33,263 bases of DNA from Deltaproteobacteria bacterium (GTDB taxonomy: Bacteria > Desulfobacterota > Dissulfuribacteria > Dissulfuribacterales > QOAL01). The translations under genes and the position numbers were made by a program. Below are positions 9,501 through 17,908 of this stretch, piece after piece (positions within the stretch are counted from its first letter, which is position 1; the number at the start of each line of letters is the position of its first letter). The notes under the pieces were generated by a model. That model made no database searches, had not been told where the DNA came from, and saw nothing but the letters and a program-made list of their open reading frames with translations. Location: the NCBI GenBank assembly GCA_015486425.1, contig WFRQ01000410.1, positions 1 through 33,263 of the forward strand. The letters run 5' to 3'.

Positions 9501-10490
9501 CTATTTCTTGAGCCAGCTCATCATGTCTCTGAGTCTGGCGCCCACCTCTTCAATGGGATGCTCTGCCTGCTGTCTGCGCATGGCATTGAATGCCGGACGG
9601 TTTACCTTATTCTCAAGGAGCCACTCCTTGGCAAACTCACCTGACTGAATCTCATCAAGTATCCTGCGCATCTCCTTCCTTGTCTCATCGGTGATAACAC
9701 GCTTTCCGCGGGTAAGGTCTCCGTACTCCGCAGTATCACTGATTGAGTAACGCATGTTGGCAAGGCCACCCTCATAAATCAGGTCAACAATCAGCTTGAG
9801 CTCATGACAGCACTCAAAATATGCAATTTCAGGCTGGTAGCCAGCATTTACAAGGGTCTCAAAACCAGCCTTGATAAGTTCAGCAGCCCCGCCGCAAAGC
9901 ACACACTGCTCACCGAAGAGGTCAGTTTCTGTCTCCTCGCGGAACGTAGTCTCAATAACACCTCCCCTGGCCCCGCCAATTCCATTGGCATAGGCAAGGG
10001 CTGTTTCCATGGCACTGTCTGTTGCATCCTGATGAATTGCCACCAGACATGGAACACCTGCGCCTACCTCGTACTCACGCCTTACAAGATGACCCGGGCC
10101 CTTGGGGGCAACCATGGCAACGTCCACATCCGCAGGCGGCACAATCTGTCCGAAATGAATATTGAATCCATGTGAAAAGAGGAGCATGTTACCGGGTTTG
10201 AGGCCAGGGGCTATGGCATCCCTGTAGATATCTCCCTGCACATGATCCGGCACCAGCATCATTACCAGGTCTGCCTTTTCCGCAGCCTCTGCAGCACTTA
10301 CCGGCTCAAAACCATGCTTCACTGCAAGGTCATAATTGGCAGAACCCGGACGCTGTCCTACAATTACATTAATGCCACTGTCCCTGAGATTCTGTGCGTG
10401 TGCATGTCCCTGACTGCCATACCCTATGATTGCTACTGTCTTGCCCTCAATCGGTGTAAGAGGGGCATCCTTCTCATAAAAAATTCGCAT
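9501..10490 (-). CDS. ilvC: Ketol-acid reductoisomerase (class I)
   Basis: 329 aa. [24 protein letters not shown] motif. Typical class I length. Confidence 0.95.
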   Translation of the reverse strand: MRIFYEKDAPLTPIEGKTVAIIGYGSQGHAHAQNLRDSGINVIVGQRPGSANYDLAVKHGFEPVSAAEAAEKADLVMMLVPDHVQGDIYRDAIAPGLKPGNMLLFSHGFNIHFGQIVPPADVDVAMVAPKGPGHLVRREYEVGAGVPCLVAIHQDATDSAMETALAYANGIGGARGGVIETTFREETETDLFGEQCVLCGGAAELIKAGFETLVNAGYQPEIAYFECCHELKLIVDLIYEGGLANMRYSISDTAEYGDLTRGKRVITDETRKEMRRILDEIQSGEFAKEWLLENKVNRPAFNAMRRQQAEHPIEEVGARLRDMMSWLKK

Positions 10491-10517
10491 TTGTTTTAAA
10501 GCTCCTTAAATTTCAAT

Positions 10518-10540
10518 GCCTGCATCTGACAGACGCAGGC
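10518..10540. other. GC-rich hairpin in the ilvN-ilvC spacer, just upstream of the ilvC RBS
   Basis: GCCTGCATCTGACAGACGCAGGC (6-bp GC stem plus inner TCT/AGA). Followed by TTTT on + and preceded by AAAA on -. Confidence 0.5.
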
Positions 10541-10672
10541 TTTTCATATTGCTCCGACCAGCCGATTCCGGAATTCTTTTGTAAGGAAAATGCAAGGAAA
10601 AACTCAGTGCATTTACAAACAGGTTCAGAAATTATTCAGAAATTCCGTATCAGAATCAAAGTTACTGCGGAA

Positions 10673-11164
10673 TCAGACAGACTTCTTCTCCCTCACCATG
10701 GCAATGGTGCCTGTGCGGGTAATCTCCTTGATACCAATGGGTTTCAGAAGCTCAATAACTGCCTTCAGCTTTGATTCAGGCCCTGTAACCTCAATGGTGT
10801 ATGTCTTTGGACTTACGTCAACCACCTTGCAGCGGAAAATATCGCACATGCGAAGAACCTCTGCCCGCGTCTCATCCTCGGCCTTTACCTTCACAAGAGC
10901 CATCTCGCGTTCAACATAAATCCCCTCGCTTACATCCACCACCTTATAGACATCCACAAGCCGGTTAAGCTGCTTGATTATCTGCTCAATGATGAAGTCA
11001 TCACCTGATGTCACAAGGGTGAGGTGTGAAAGTGTGGGATCAAGGGTTGCGGCAACACAGAGACTCTCAATATTGAAACCACGCCCGCTGAAAAGCCCGG
11101 TAATCCTGGAGAGGGCTCCCGGCGTATTCTCTACAAGAACTGACAATGTATGTTTATGCTTCAT
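10673..11164 (-). CDS. ilvN: Acetolactate synthase small (regulatory, ACT-domain) subunit
   Basis: 163 aa. HTLSVLVENTPGALSRITGLFSGRGFNIESL ACT-domain signature. Downstream of the large subunit. Confidence 0.93.
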   Translation of the reverse strand: MKHKHTLSVLVENTPGALSRITGLFSGRGFNIESLCVAATLDPTLSHLTLVTSGDDFIIEQIIKQLNRLVDVYKVVDVSEGIYVEREMALVKVKAEDETRAEVLRMCDIFRCKVVDVSPKTYTIEVTGPESKLKAVIELLKPIGIKEITRTGTIAMVREKKSV

Positions 11165-11294
11165 TTGACAAAAACTCCTGAGGACTTTTTATGTTGGCTG
11201 CTATGAACCACAGTACAGCAGGGGCAGGGAGTTATCACAACCGGCCCCTGATTTTACGCTGCGTCAGCAGCGGCTGCAGACCGTGTTTTCAGGC

Positions 11295-12995
11295 TCAGAC
11301 AAGCAGCATCTCCGTAGTGGCCTTGCCGGCAGGAACCATTGGGAAAACACCTTCTTCCTTTGCAATGGCAAACTCCATTATGACCACACCCGGGGTCTCA
11401 ATACCCTTCTTAAGGACATCCCTGACCTCTTCAGGTTTGGTTGCCCTGAGACCAGTTGCTCCATAAGCCTCTGCTATCTTGACAAAATCAGGAGTAAAGC
11501 TGAATTCCGTGGCTGCATAAACCCTGTCATAGAACAGCTCCTGCCACTGGCGCACCATGCCAAGGAACTGGTTGTTCAGTATAACAACCTTCACGTTCAA
11601 CCTCTCCTGCATGGCAGTGGCAAGTTCTTGAATGTTCATCTGGATACTTCCATCTCCTGCCACATCAATTACCAGCCGGTCAGGAAAGGCCATCTGAGCA
11701 CCGATTGCAGCAGGCAGACCATAACCCATTGTCCCGAGCCCGCCTGAGGTCAGGAAACTTCTCGGCTCATCGAACTTGTAGAACTGGGCGGTCCACATCT
11801 GATTCTGACCTACCTCTGTGGAAATAATAGCCTTGCCCTTTGTCAGGTCATAGAGCTGCTCAATCACATACTGAGGCTTGATGACCCCTGGCTCCTCCTT
11901 GTAGGTAAGGGGATGGCGTTCTTCCCAGGCGTTCAACTGTTCCCACCACTCCTGGTGCTGATCCTTCCATGCCTCTGCAGGACGACCGGCTTTTTTAACA
12001 GCTTTTACCAGCTTGGCAAGGGCCTTGCGGCAGTCGCCCACTATGGGGACATCAACTTTCACGTTCTTCTGTATTGAGGTGGGATCTACATCAATATGTA
12101 TTATCTTTGCCTTGGGGGCAAAGGCGTCAACCTTGCCGGTAACCCTGTCATCGAACCTTGCTCCAACCGCTATAATGAGGTCTGAATGGGCCATGGCCAT
12201 ATTGGAGCAGTATGTCCCGTGCATTCCAAGCATGCCGAGACTAAGCTCAGAGGTACCTGGGAATCCGCTGAGCCCCATGAGGGTCATGGTGACAGGGGCA
12301 TGCAGCATCTCAGCAAGCTCCCTCATCTCCTTATGAGCATTGGCTATTACTACGCCTCCTCCAACATAGAAGATGGGCCTGCGCGCCCTTTCCATCATGC
12401 GGTAGGCACGGTCTATCTGCTTTGAATGCGGCTCCACCACAGGGTTATATGACCGGAATTTGATTTTCTCAGGATAGTGGAATTCGCCCCTGGCATTCTG
12501 TACATCCTTGGGAAGATCAATGAGGACCGGACCGGGTCTGCCAGACCTGGCAACCACAAATGCCTCCTTTAGAATCCTGGGCAGATCCTTCACATCCTTC
12601 ACAAGATAGTTATGCTTTGTGCACGGACGGGTAATACCGACAATATCCACCTCCTGAAAAGCATCATTACCAATCAGGCTTGTGGGGACCTGGCCGGTGA
12701 AAACCACCATGGGAATTGAATCCGCATAGGCTGTAGCTATACCCGTGACGGTATTTGTGGCACCCGGGCCGGAAGTGGCAATGGCCACTCCTACCTTTCC
12801 GGTGGCTCTCGCATATCCGTCTGCTGCATGAGTGGCACCCTGTTCATGCCTGACAAGCACATGCTTGATTGTACCATCTCTTTCAAGGGTATCATAAACA
12901 TCGATAATGGCGCCTCCAGGGAAACCGAAGCATACCTCAACTCCTTCCCGCTTGAGAGCCTCTATGACCATCTCTTTTCCGGTCATCTTAGTCAT
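11295..12995 (-). CDS. ilvB: Acetolactate synthase large (catalytic, ThDP-dependent) subunit
   Basis: 566 aa. ThDP motif GLGTMGYGLPAAIGA...GDGSIQMNIQEL...NN. N-terminal GVEVCFGFPGGAI. Confidence 0.95.
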   Translation of the reverse strand: MTKMTGKEMVIEALKREGVEVCFGFPGGAIIDVYDTLERDGTIKHVLVRHEQGATHAADGYARATGKVGVAIATSGPGATNTVTGIATAYADSIPMVVFTGQVPTSLIGNDAFQEVDIVGITRPCTKHNYLVKDVKDLPRILKEAFVVARSGRPGPVLIDLPKDVQNARGEFHYPEKIKFRSYNPVVEPHSKQIDRAYRMMERARRPIFYVGGGVVIANAHKEMRELAEMLHAPVTMTLMGLSGFPGTSELSLGMLGMHGTYCSNMAMAHSDLIIAVGARFDDRVTGKVDAFAPKAKIIHIDVDPTSIQKNVKVDVPIVGDCRKALAKLVKAVKKAGRPAEAWKDQHQEWWEQLNAWEERHPLTYKEEPGVIKPQYVIEQLYDLTKGKAIISTEVGQNQMWTAQFYKFDEPRSFLTSGGLGTMGYGLPAAIGAQMAFPDRLVIDVAGDGSIQMNIQELATAMQERLNVKVVILNNQFLGMVRQWQELFYDRVYAATEFSFTPDFVKIAEAYGATGLRATKPEEVRDVLKKGIETPGVVIMEFAIAKEEGVFPMVPAGKATTEMLLV

Positions 12996-13135
12996 TTATA
13001 CGTACCTCTGATTCTATTTTTTCATTTACCACGCCCTTCTCGGGCCTTTCTGAACTTTTAATTACTCACCCCTGATAGAGGATGAATTCCCATAACGGAA
13101 AGTCGCTTTTCACACAACAATTTTTTCCTTGACAC

Positions 13136-13244
13136 GTATCTGCTCACAGAGTGCTGCAGATGCAAGGCGGAGGGGGCGAAGGCGTACTTCCCGTACTTTG
13201 AGCCCCGGACAACACAGCAGATGCGATACCCTGTGAGTAGATAC
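13136..13244 (-). repeat. Palindromic structured repeat, family B copy X (109 bp), inside the predicted ilvB 5' leader
   Basis: 17-bp terminal inverted repeats GTATCT(G/A)CTCACAG(A/G)GT. Its reverse complement aligns end to end with 15597..15718. Confidence 0.75.
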
Positions 13245-13266
13245 CTGAACTTAAAGATAAGCCGTA

Positions 13267-13295
13267 ACATTATTCCCCTGTATCACCATTGTCAA
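13267..13295 (-). promoter_or_regulatory. Candidate sigma70-type promoter for the ilvB operon
   Basis: - strand reads TTGACA (13295..13290), a 17-nt spacer, then TAATGT (13272..13267). About 270 nt upstream of the ilvB ATG, so it implies a long leader containing repeat X. Confidence 0.45.
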
Positions 13296-13398
13296 CGCCA
13301 TGACATACTTTTTAACAATGACTTAACAATTTATGACAAACAATGTCCTGTTTCCACTGCCGCACATGACAAAATCAGATAAGGGCCATCACATAAAG

Positions 13399-13570
13399 GA
13401 GAGCATTCCCTGTTTGTGCCTCCTTTTCTATTATGTGGAGACTGTGTGGCTTTTTAAGACTTGTTCTGCGAGAAAACCTGCTTAAAACCTCATAACAGTT
13501 TCAGAACCAGTCTCAAAAAGTTGCATAGCCGCAACACGTTATGATATTGGGACAAGCGGGGAATGCTCCC
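13399..13570 (-). mobile_element. MITE-like non-autonomous element, copy 2 (reverse orientation, 8-bp TSD ACATAAAG)
   Basis: Termini GAGAGCATTCCCTGTTTGTG ... GACAAGCGGGGAATGCTCCC. ACATAAAG at 13391..13398 and 13571..13578. Its reverse complement aligns with 1405..1589 apart from one 12-13-nt indel. Confidence 0.8.
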
Positions 13571-13657
13571 ACATAAAGAGGCAGAATCCTGATACAGAAT
13601 TCACTTCACTTAACCGTTTTTTTTGTTTAAAGTGAGGCTGCCTGCAGCTATGATGGC

Positions 13658-13738
13658 AAATTTTCATGCTGCACAACTCATGCAGGGCAATGGTGATGGT
13701 TTTAAGCGTATTCAGGCCATTTCGCAGACTTTTCACGG
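13658..13738 (+). repeat. Weak copy (C1) of the family C hairpin motif, upstream of the ClC gene
   Basis: AAATTTTCATGCTGCACAACTCATGCAGGGCAA, about 38 nt, then TTTTCACGG. Same order and spacing as the copies in the ribosomal spacers, but low overall identity. Confidence 0.35.
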
Positions 13739-13785
13739 CCAGACGCTGCCTTGACGGCCTGTATCAGAGAGGAAAATTACCTTAA

Positions 13786-15594
13786 ATGCTGGACGATCTC
13801 ACAATTCGCAAACCCGGGCAGAAAGCAGGCAAATGGCTGTTCTACTGCATCATAGTAGGCCTGCTGGCCGGGACAGGGGCTATCGTCTTTCACTTCCTCT
13901 GTAACTTCGGCCACTTTTTCTTCCTTGACTATCTTGCAGGGTACCGCCCGAGCCACCCTGCAGGCGATCCCCCGCTGTTCGGCCATACTCACCAGCCATT
14001 CAGGCCAATGGTCTTGTGGATAATCCCGGCTGCTGGAGGTCTTCTCAGCGGACTGTTAGTCTATTTTTTCTGCCCTGAGGCGCAGGGCCACGGTACAGAT
14101 TCTGCCATCAGCGCATATCATCACAACAGCGGCAGAATCAACCCCAAGGTGCCTTTTGTAAAGACTGTTGCCTCGTTCATAACCCTGGGTACTGGAGGCT
14201 CAGGCGGAAGTGAAGGGCCGATATGCCAGATAGGCGCAGGCCTGGGCTCTCTCTTTGCCCAGCGTGCAGGGCTTACTGAAAGAGAGATGCGTATCCTCAT
14301 GGCCGCTGGCATGGGCGCAGGCATTGGAAGTATCTTCAGAGCACCGCTTACAGGCGCACTTTTTGCAGCGGAAATTCTCTACAGTGAACCTGAATTTGAG
14401 GCAGATGTTATTATTCCAACGGCGATTGCCTCAACTGTGGCATACTCTCTGTTCTGTTCAGTTTTCGGATGGGGTTCCCTGTTCCAGGCAGGAGACTTCC
14501 GATATTCGAATATTCTAGAACTCGGCCCGTACACTGTGCTTGCGGCAGCGCTTACCCTGGGGGCATTCCTCTTTGTAAAAATCTTCTGGGGCTTTCATGA
14601 TTTTTTCCAGAAACTAAAGATTCCCATGTGGATCAAACCGGCAATTGGAGGAATTCTCACAGGCACACTGGCACTTGCTCTTCCACAGGTTCTTGGTTTC
14701 AGCTATGGGTTCATCCAGGACGGACTGGACAACCAGGTTACCCTGTGGCTCTTTCTCGCAGTGGCAATAGGCAAGATACTTGCCACGGCATTTTCAATAG
14801 GCTCTGGAGGAAGTGGCGGTGTTTTCGGACCTTCCGTGGTTATAGGCGGGTGTATCGGAGGCGCTGTGGGGGTTTTCTTTCACACCATTATGCCCTCTGT
14901 GGTACCTAACCCTGCTGCATTCATCATTGTGGGCATGGCCGGTTTCTTTGCAGGCAGTTCCAATGTACCCATTACGGCAGTGATTGTTGTAAGTGAAATA
15001 ACCAGTTCATATCACCTGCTGCTTCCAAGCATGCTCGTGTGCAGTCTCAGCTTTTTCCTGTGCAGACGCTGGAACCTGTACAGGGCACAGGTCCCTGCAA
15101 AGATAGATTCTCCAGCCCACAAGGGTGAGTTCTTTACGGATATCATGGAGGATATCAGGGTAAAGGATATTTTTGATACTACGCGGGCATTTGCCGTCAT
15201 ACCTGAAGACATGAGTTTTTCACAGTTCTGTAAATTCTTCAGTGCAACTGACCAGCACTACTTTCCGGTTGTAAACAGAGAGGGAAAACTCAGCGGTATT
15301 TTCTCAATAAACGATATAAGGCACTGTCTGTTTGACGATGCGGATATTGGTGACCTTGTGCTCATGCGGGATGTGGCCAGAAAGGACGTAATTACCACAA
15401 CCCCGTCAGAAGATATCAATTCTCTTCTTCACAAATTTACCATAAGGAATATCGACAAAATTCCGGTGGTAAGCGACCATGACCCAACCGAATTCCTCGG
15501 CATGATCAGCAGACGTGAAGTCATTGCTTTCTATAATGAAGCTGTAAACAGGCTCAAGGAAACCGCATCAAAGGAAAGCCCTGTACCATTTTGA
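13786..15594 (+). CDS. ClC-family voltage-gated chloride channel/antiporter with C-terminal CBS-domain pair
   Basis: 602 aa, polytopic. ClC selectivity motifs GSGGSEGP (gating Glu present) and GGSGGVFGPS. The C-terminal part of about 140 aa shows the CBS pattern (FPVVNREGKLSGIFSINDI, IPVVSDHDPTEFLGMISRREV). Confidence 0.9.
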   Translation: MLDDLTIRKPGQKAGKWLFYCIIVGLLAGTGAIVFHFLCNFGHFFFLDYLAGYRPSHPAGDPPLFGHTHQPFRPMVLWIIPAAGGLLSGLLVYFFCPEAQGHGTDSAISAYHHNSGRINPKVPFVKTVASFITLGTGGSGGSEGPICQIGAGLGSLFAQRAGLTEREMRILMAAGMGAGIGSIFRAPLTGALFAAEILYSEPEFEADVIIPTAIASTVAYSLFCSVFGWGSLFQAGDFRYSNILELGPYTVLAAALTLGAFLFVKIFWGFHDFFQKLKIPMWIKPAIGGILTGTLALALPQVLGFSYGFIQDGLDNQVTLWLFLAVAIGKILATAFSIGSGGSGGVFGPSVVIGGCIGGAVGVFFHTIMPSVVPNPAAFIIVGMAGFFAGSSNVPITAVIVVSEITSSYHLLLPSMLVCSLSFFLCRRWNLYRAQVPAKIDSPAHKGEFFTDIMEDIRVKDIFDTTRAFAVIPEDMSFSQFCKFFSATDQHYFPVVNREGKLSGIFSINDIRHCLFDDADIGDLVLMRDVARKDVITTTPSEDINSLLHKFTIRNIDKIPVVSDHDPTEFLGMISRREVIAFYNEAVNRLKETASKESPVPF

Positions 15595-15596
15595 TC

Positions 15597-15718
15597 GTAT
15601 CTGCTCACAGGGTACCGCATCTACGGCGTTGTCTGATGCTCTAAGTAGACGATTGAAGTAGGTGTTGTACGCCTGCGCATCCTCCGTCTTGTATCTGCAG
15701 CACCCTGTAAGCTGATAC
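15597..15718 (+). repeat. Palindromic structured repeat, family B copy Y (122 bp), 2 nt after the ClC stop codon
   Basis: GTATCTGCTCACAGGGT ... ACCCTGTAAGCTGATAC. Hand alignment to the reverse complement of 13136..13244 gives 33/40 identical at the 5' end and 36/44 at the 3' end. Confidence 0.75.
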
Positions 15719-15773
15719 AGGAGAATTTGCACGGACGTATTGAGAATTTAGTTTTGATCAAGCTGAGCAGAAT

Positions 15774-15810
15774 AAAAAAAACCCCCAGGGCCTCTCTCCG
15801 GGCCTGGGGG
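15774..15810 (-). terminator. Rho-independent terminator (- strand), distal member of a tandem pair
   Basis: - strand reads CCCCCAGGCCC-GGAGAGA-GGCCCTGGGGG followed by TTTTTTTT. Confidence 0.75.
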
Positions 15811-15878
15811 AACTTGCGACCATCAGCCCTGCCCACCAGTCCATTATTTACAGGGTCGACGCAGATAATTCATCAGGC

Positions 15879-15910
15879 AAAAAAAAAGCCCTCCTGTTTT
15901 GGAGGGCTTT
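15879..15910 (-). terminator. Rho-independent terminator (- strand) ending the rpoA-rplQ transcript
   Basis: - strand reads AAAGCCCTCC-AAAACA-GGAGGGCTTTTTTTTT. About 100 nt downstream of the rplQ stop. Confidence 0.85.
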
Positions 15911-16008
15911 CATAGCCAGTTGAATCAAACTGTATTTAGAGGCTACCTGACACAAATCAGTATGTCAAGCCATATCTATATTTTTATTCTCCGAGTTCAA
16001 AAGTGCTG

Positions 16009-16809
16009 TCAGGACTGGGATTTTTCTATCCCGGACTCTCCTGTTTCTGCTGCTTCTGCTGCTTCTGTTCCCGATGCTTCTTCCGGGCTAGCATCCTCTG
16101 ACTTACTCTCTGCTTCACCGGACATGCTCTCTTCCATATCTGCATCTGTTTCTGCAGGGGCTGCCTCTGCTGCAGACTGATCAGAAGCAGGTTCCTGATC
16201 TGAGGCTGACGCCCTTGCTTCTTCTGGTGCAGTCTCTGCATCCGCGGACTCTTCCGGCGCAGCAGATGACTCTGAAGTCGTATCTTCAGCAGCCGCTTCC
16301 GCTTTTGCTTCCACAGATGAAGAGGCTGCAGCTTCGGCAGATTCATCGACTGCGGCTTCTTCAGAGGTTTCAGGTGCAGCAGCAGGTATTACCGATTCTG
16401 CAGAGGTTGCGGAAACAGCAGGCTTGGACTGCTTTTTCTTTCCTGGTTTCAGGGACTCAACTGCAAGCTCTATAACAGCCATCATTGTGGCATCCCCGCG
16501 GCGGGGTCCAAGCCTTACAATCCTGGTATAACCACCGTTCCTGTCAGCAAACTTCGGACTCCACTCTTCGAACAGTTTGGCAACAACATCACGGTCTCTT
16601 ATTACAGACAGTGCCTGCCTCCTGGCATGCAGACTGCCATCCTTGCCGAGAGTGACCATGCGATCAGCCAGCCGCCTAAGTTCCTTGGCTCTGGTTATGG
16701 TGGTTACAATACGGCCATGCTCCATGAGAGACGTAACCATATTTCGCATCATTGCCTTGCGGTGGGAGGTGGTTACACCAAGCCTCCGGGTTCTAACGCG
16801 ATGCCTCAT
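16009..16809 (-). CDS. rplQ: 50S ribosomal protein L17 with an acidic Ala/Glu/Ser-rich C-terminal extension of about 150 aa
   Basis: The first 116 aa or so are canonical L17 ([11 protein letters not shown]...[24 protein letters not shown]). The rest is low complexity. The start overlaps the rpoA stop (ATGA). Confidence 0.93.
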   Translation of the reverse strand: MRHRVRTRRLGVTTSHRKAMMRNMVTSLMEHGRIVTTITRAKELRRLADRMVTLGKDGSLHARRQALSVIRDRDVVAKLFEEWSPKFADRNGGYTRIVRLGPRRGDATMMAVIELAVESLKPGKKKQSKPAVSATSAESVIPAAAPETSEEAAVDESAEAAASSSVEAKAEAAAEDTTSESSAAPEESADAETAPEEARASASDQEPASDQSAAEAAPAETDADMEESMSGEAESKSEDASPEEASGTEAAEAAETGESGIEKSQS

Positions 16810-17873
16810 TTTTCGTCACCTTCCTTAGCACCGTCTTCTTCTTCAGGTTCAGCAGCCTCCGGGGGTATCCAGCCGTCCAGTACCATACCAAGATGAAGAC
16901 CAAGGCCATCAAGAATCTTCTGTATTTCCTCAAGCGATTTGCGCCCGAAGTTCTTGGTCTTGAGCATCTCCTGCTCAGTCTTCTGAACAAGTTCCCCTAT
17001 GTAATGTATATTGGCATTTTTAAGGCAGTTAGCTGACCTTACAGAGAATTCCAGTTCGTCAATTTTTTTGTTAAGTTCATCCAGTTTACCGTCAAAATCC
17101 TTGCTCGGAGTCTCAAGTTCAGGCTCCTGGACCTCATCAAAGTTGATGAATACAGTCAACTGTTCCTTCAATATTTTGGCAGCATAGGCAATGGCGTCTT
17201 CAGGGGTCACACTGCCATCTGTCCAGACTTCAAGAGTAAGTTTGTCGTAATCAGTGCGCTGCCCGATTCTGGCCTGAGTAACCTTGTAATTCACCTTCTC
17301 AATGGGAGAAAAGAGTGAATCAATGAAGATGCGCCCTGCCACCTCCTCTTCACCCTTGTCCTGTTCTTCAGCAGGGACATATCCCTTGCCCCACACCGCC
17401 GTCATCTCAATGTTCAGGTCTGCACCTTCTGTGAGCGTGGCAATGTGATGTTCAGGATTCATCACCTCAACGCCCCCTGTAGGCGAGATGATGTCACCTG
17501 CCTTAACCTCGCATGGTCCCTTTTTTTCAAGTATCAGAGGTTCCTGCCTGTCGTTATGAAGCTTGAGCCTGACACTCTTGAGGTTCAGAATAATCTCAGT
17601 TACATCCTCAATGACCCCTGGGACAGTGGCAAACTCGTGCAGAACGCCATCAATCTTGACAGAGTTGATGGCAGCGCCCTGAAGCGAAGAGATCAATATC
17701 CTTCTGAGCGCAATGCCCAGAGTAACGCCATATCCTCTTTCAAGCGGTTCACACACAAACTTTCCATATATTTCCGTGTGTGAGTCAGTGTCAACCTGAA
17801 GGGCGTGAGGAACTATAAGCTCTCTCCAGTTTCTGTAAAAGGGAGTCTGTTCGGTATTCTGATTCTCAGTCAT
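16806..17873 (-). CDS. rpoA: DNA-directed RNA polymerase subunit alpha
   Basis: 355 aa. NTD motifs ([15 protein letters not shown]) and CTD ([24 protein letters not shown]). Confidence 0.97.
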   Translation of the reverse strand: MTENQNTEQTPFYRNWRELIVPHALQVDTDSHTEIYGKFVCEPLERGYGVTLGIALRRILISSLQGAAINSVKIDGVLHEFATVPGVIEDVTEIILNLKSVRLKLHNDRQEPLILEKKGPCEVKAGDIISPTGGVEVMNPEHHIATLTEGADLNIEMTAVWGKGYVPAEEQDKGEEEVAGRIFIDSLFSPIEKVNYKVTQARIGQRTDYDKLTLEVWTDGSVTPEDAIAYAAKILKEQLTVFINFDEVQEPELETPSKDFDGKLDELNKKIDELEFSVRSANCLKNANIHYIGELVQKTEQEMLKTKNFGRKSLEEIQKILDGLGLHLGMVLDGWIPPEAAEPEEEDGAKEGDEK

Positions 17874-17908
17874 AATTTTTTTTCCGACCTTGGACGGTGG
17901 GAGTTATT

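Noticed and set aside
13136-13244. T-box riboswitch in the ilvB leader, because the family B repeat contains AGGGTACCGCA, reminiscent of the T-box AGGGTGGTACCGCG
   Set aside because: Three nucleotides of the conserved box are missing. There is no Stem I/specifier architecture, the element is only 109 nt, and no terminator/antiterminator pair follows. The same sequence also occurs after the ClC stop codon.
13058-13270. 70-aa - strand ORF in the ilvB leader, considered as a leader peptide or small protein
   Set aside because: It runs straight through palindromic repeat X, is not enriched in Ile/Leu/Val codons, and starts upstream of the predicted TSS. It is most likely not translated.
15727-15915. 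62-aa + strand ORF with an AGGAG just upstream, in the ClC-rplQ convergent gap
   Set aside because: The RBS-to-TTG spacing is only 3 nt. The ORF reads through both terminator hairpins and its composition is set by them, so it is spurious.
15899-16475. Alternative-frame and + strand ORFs (93, 106 and 86 aa) overlapping the 3' half of rplQ
   Set aside because: They are artefacts of the low-complexity GCN/GAR repeat DNA that encodes the L17 acidic tail.
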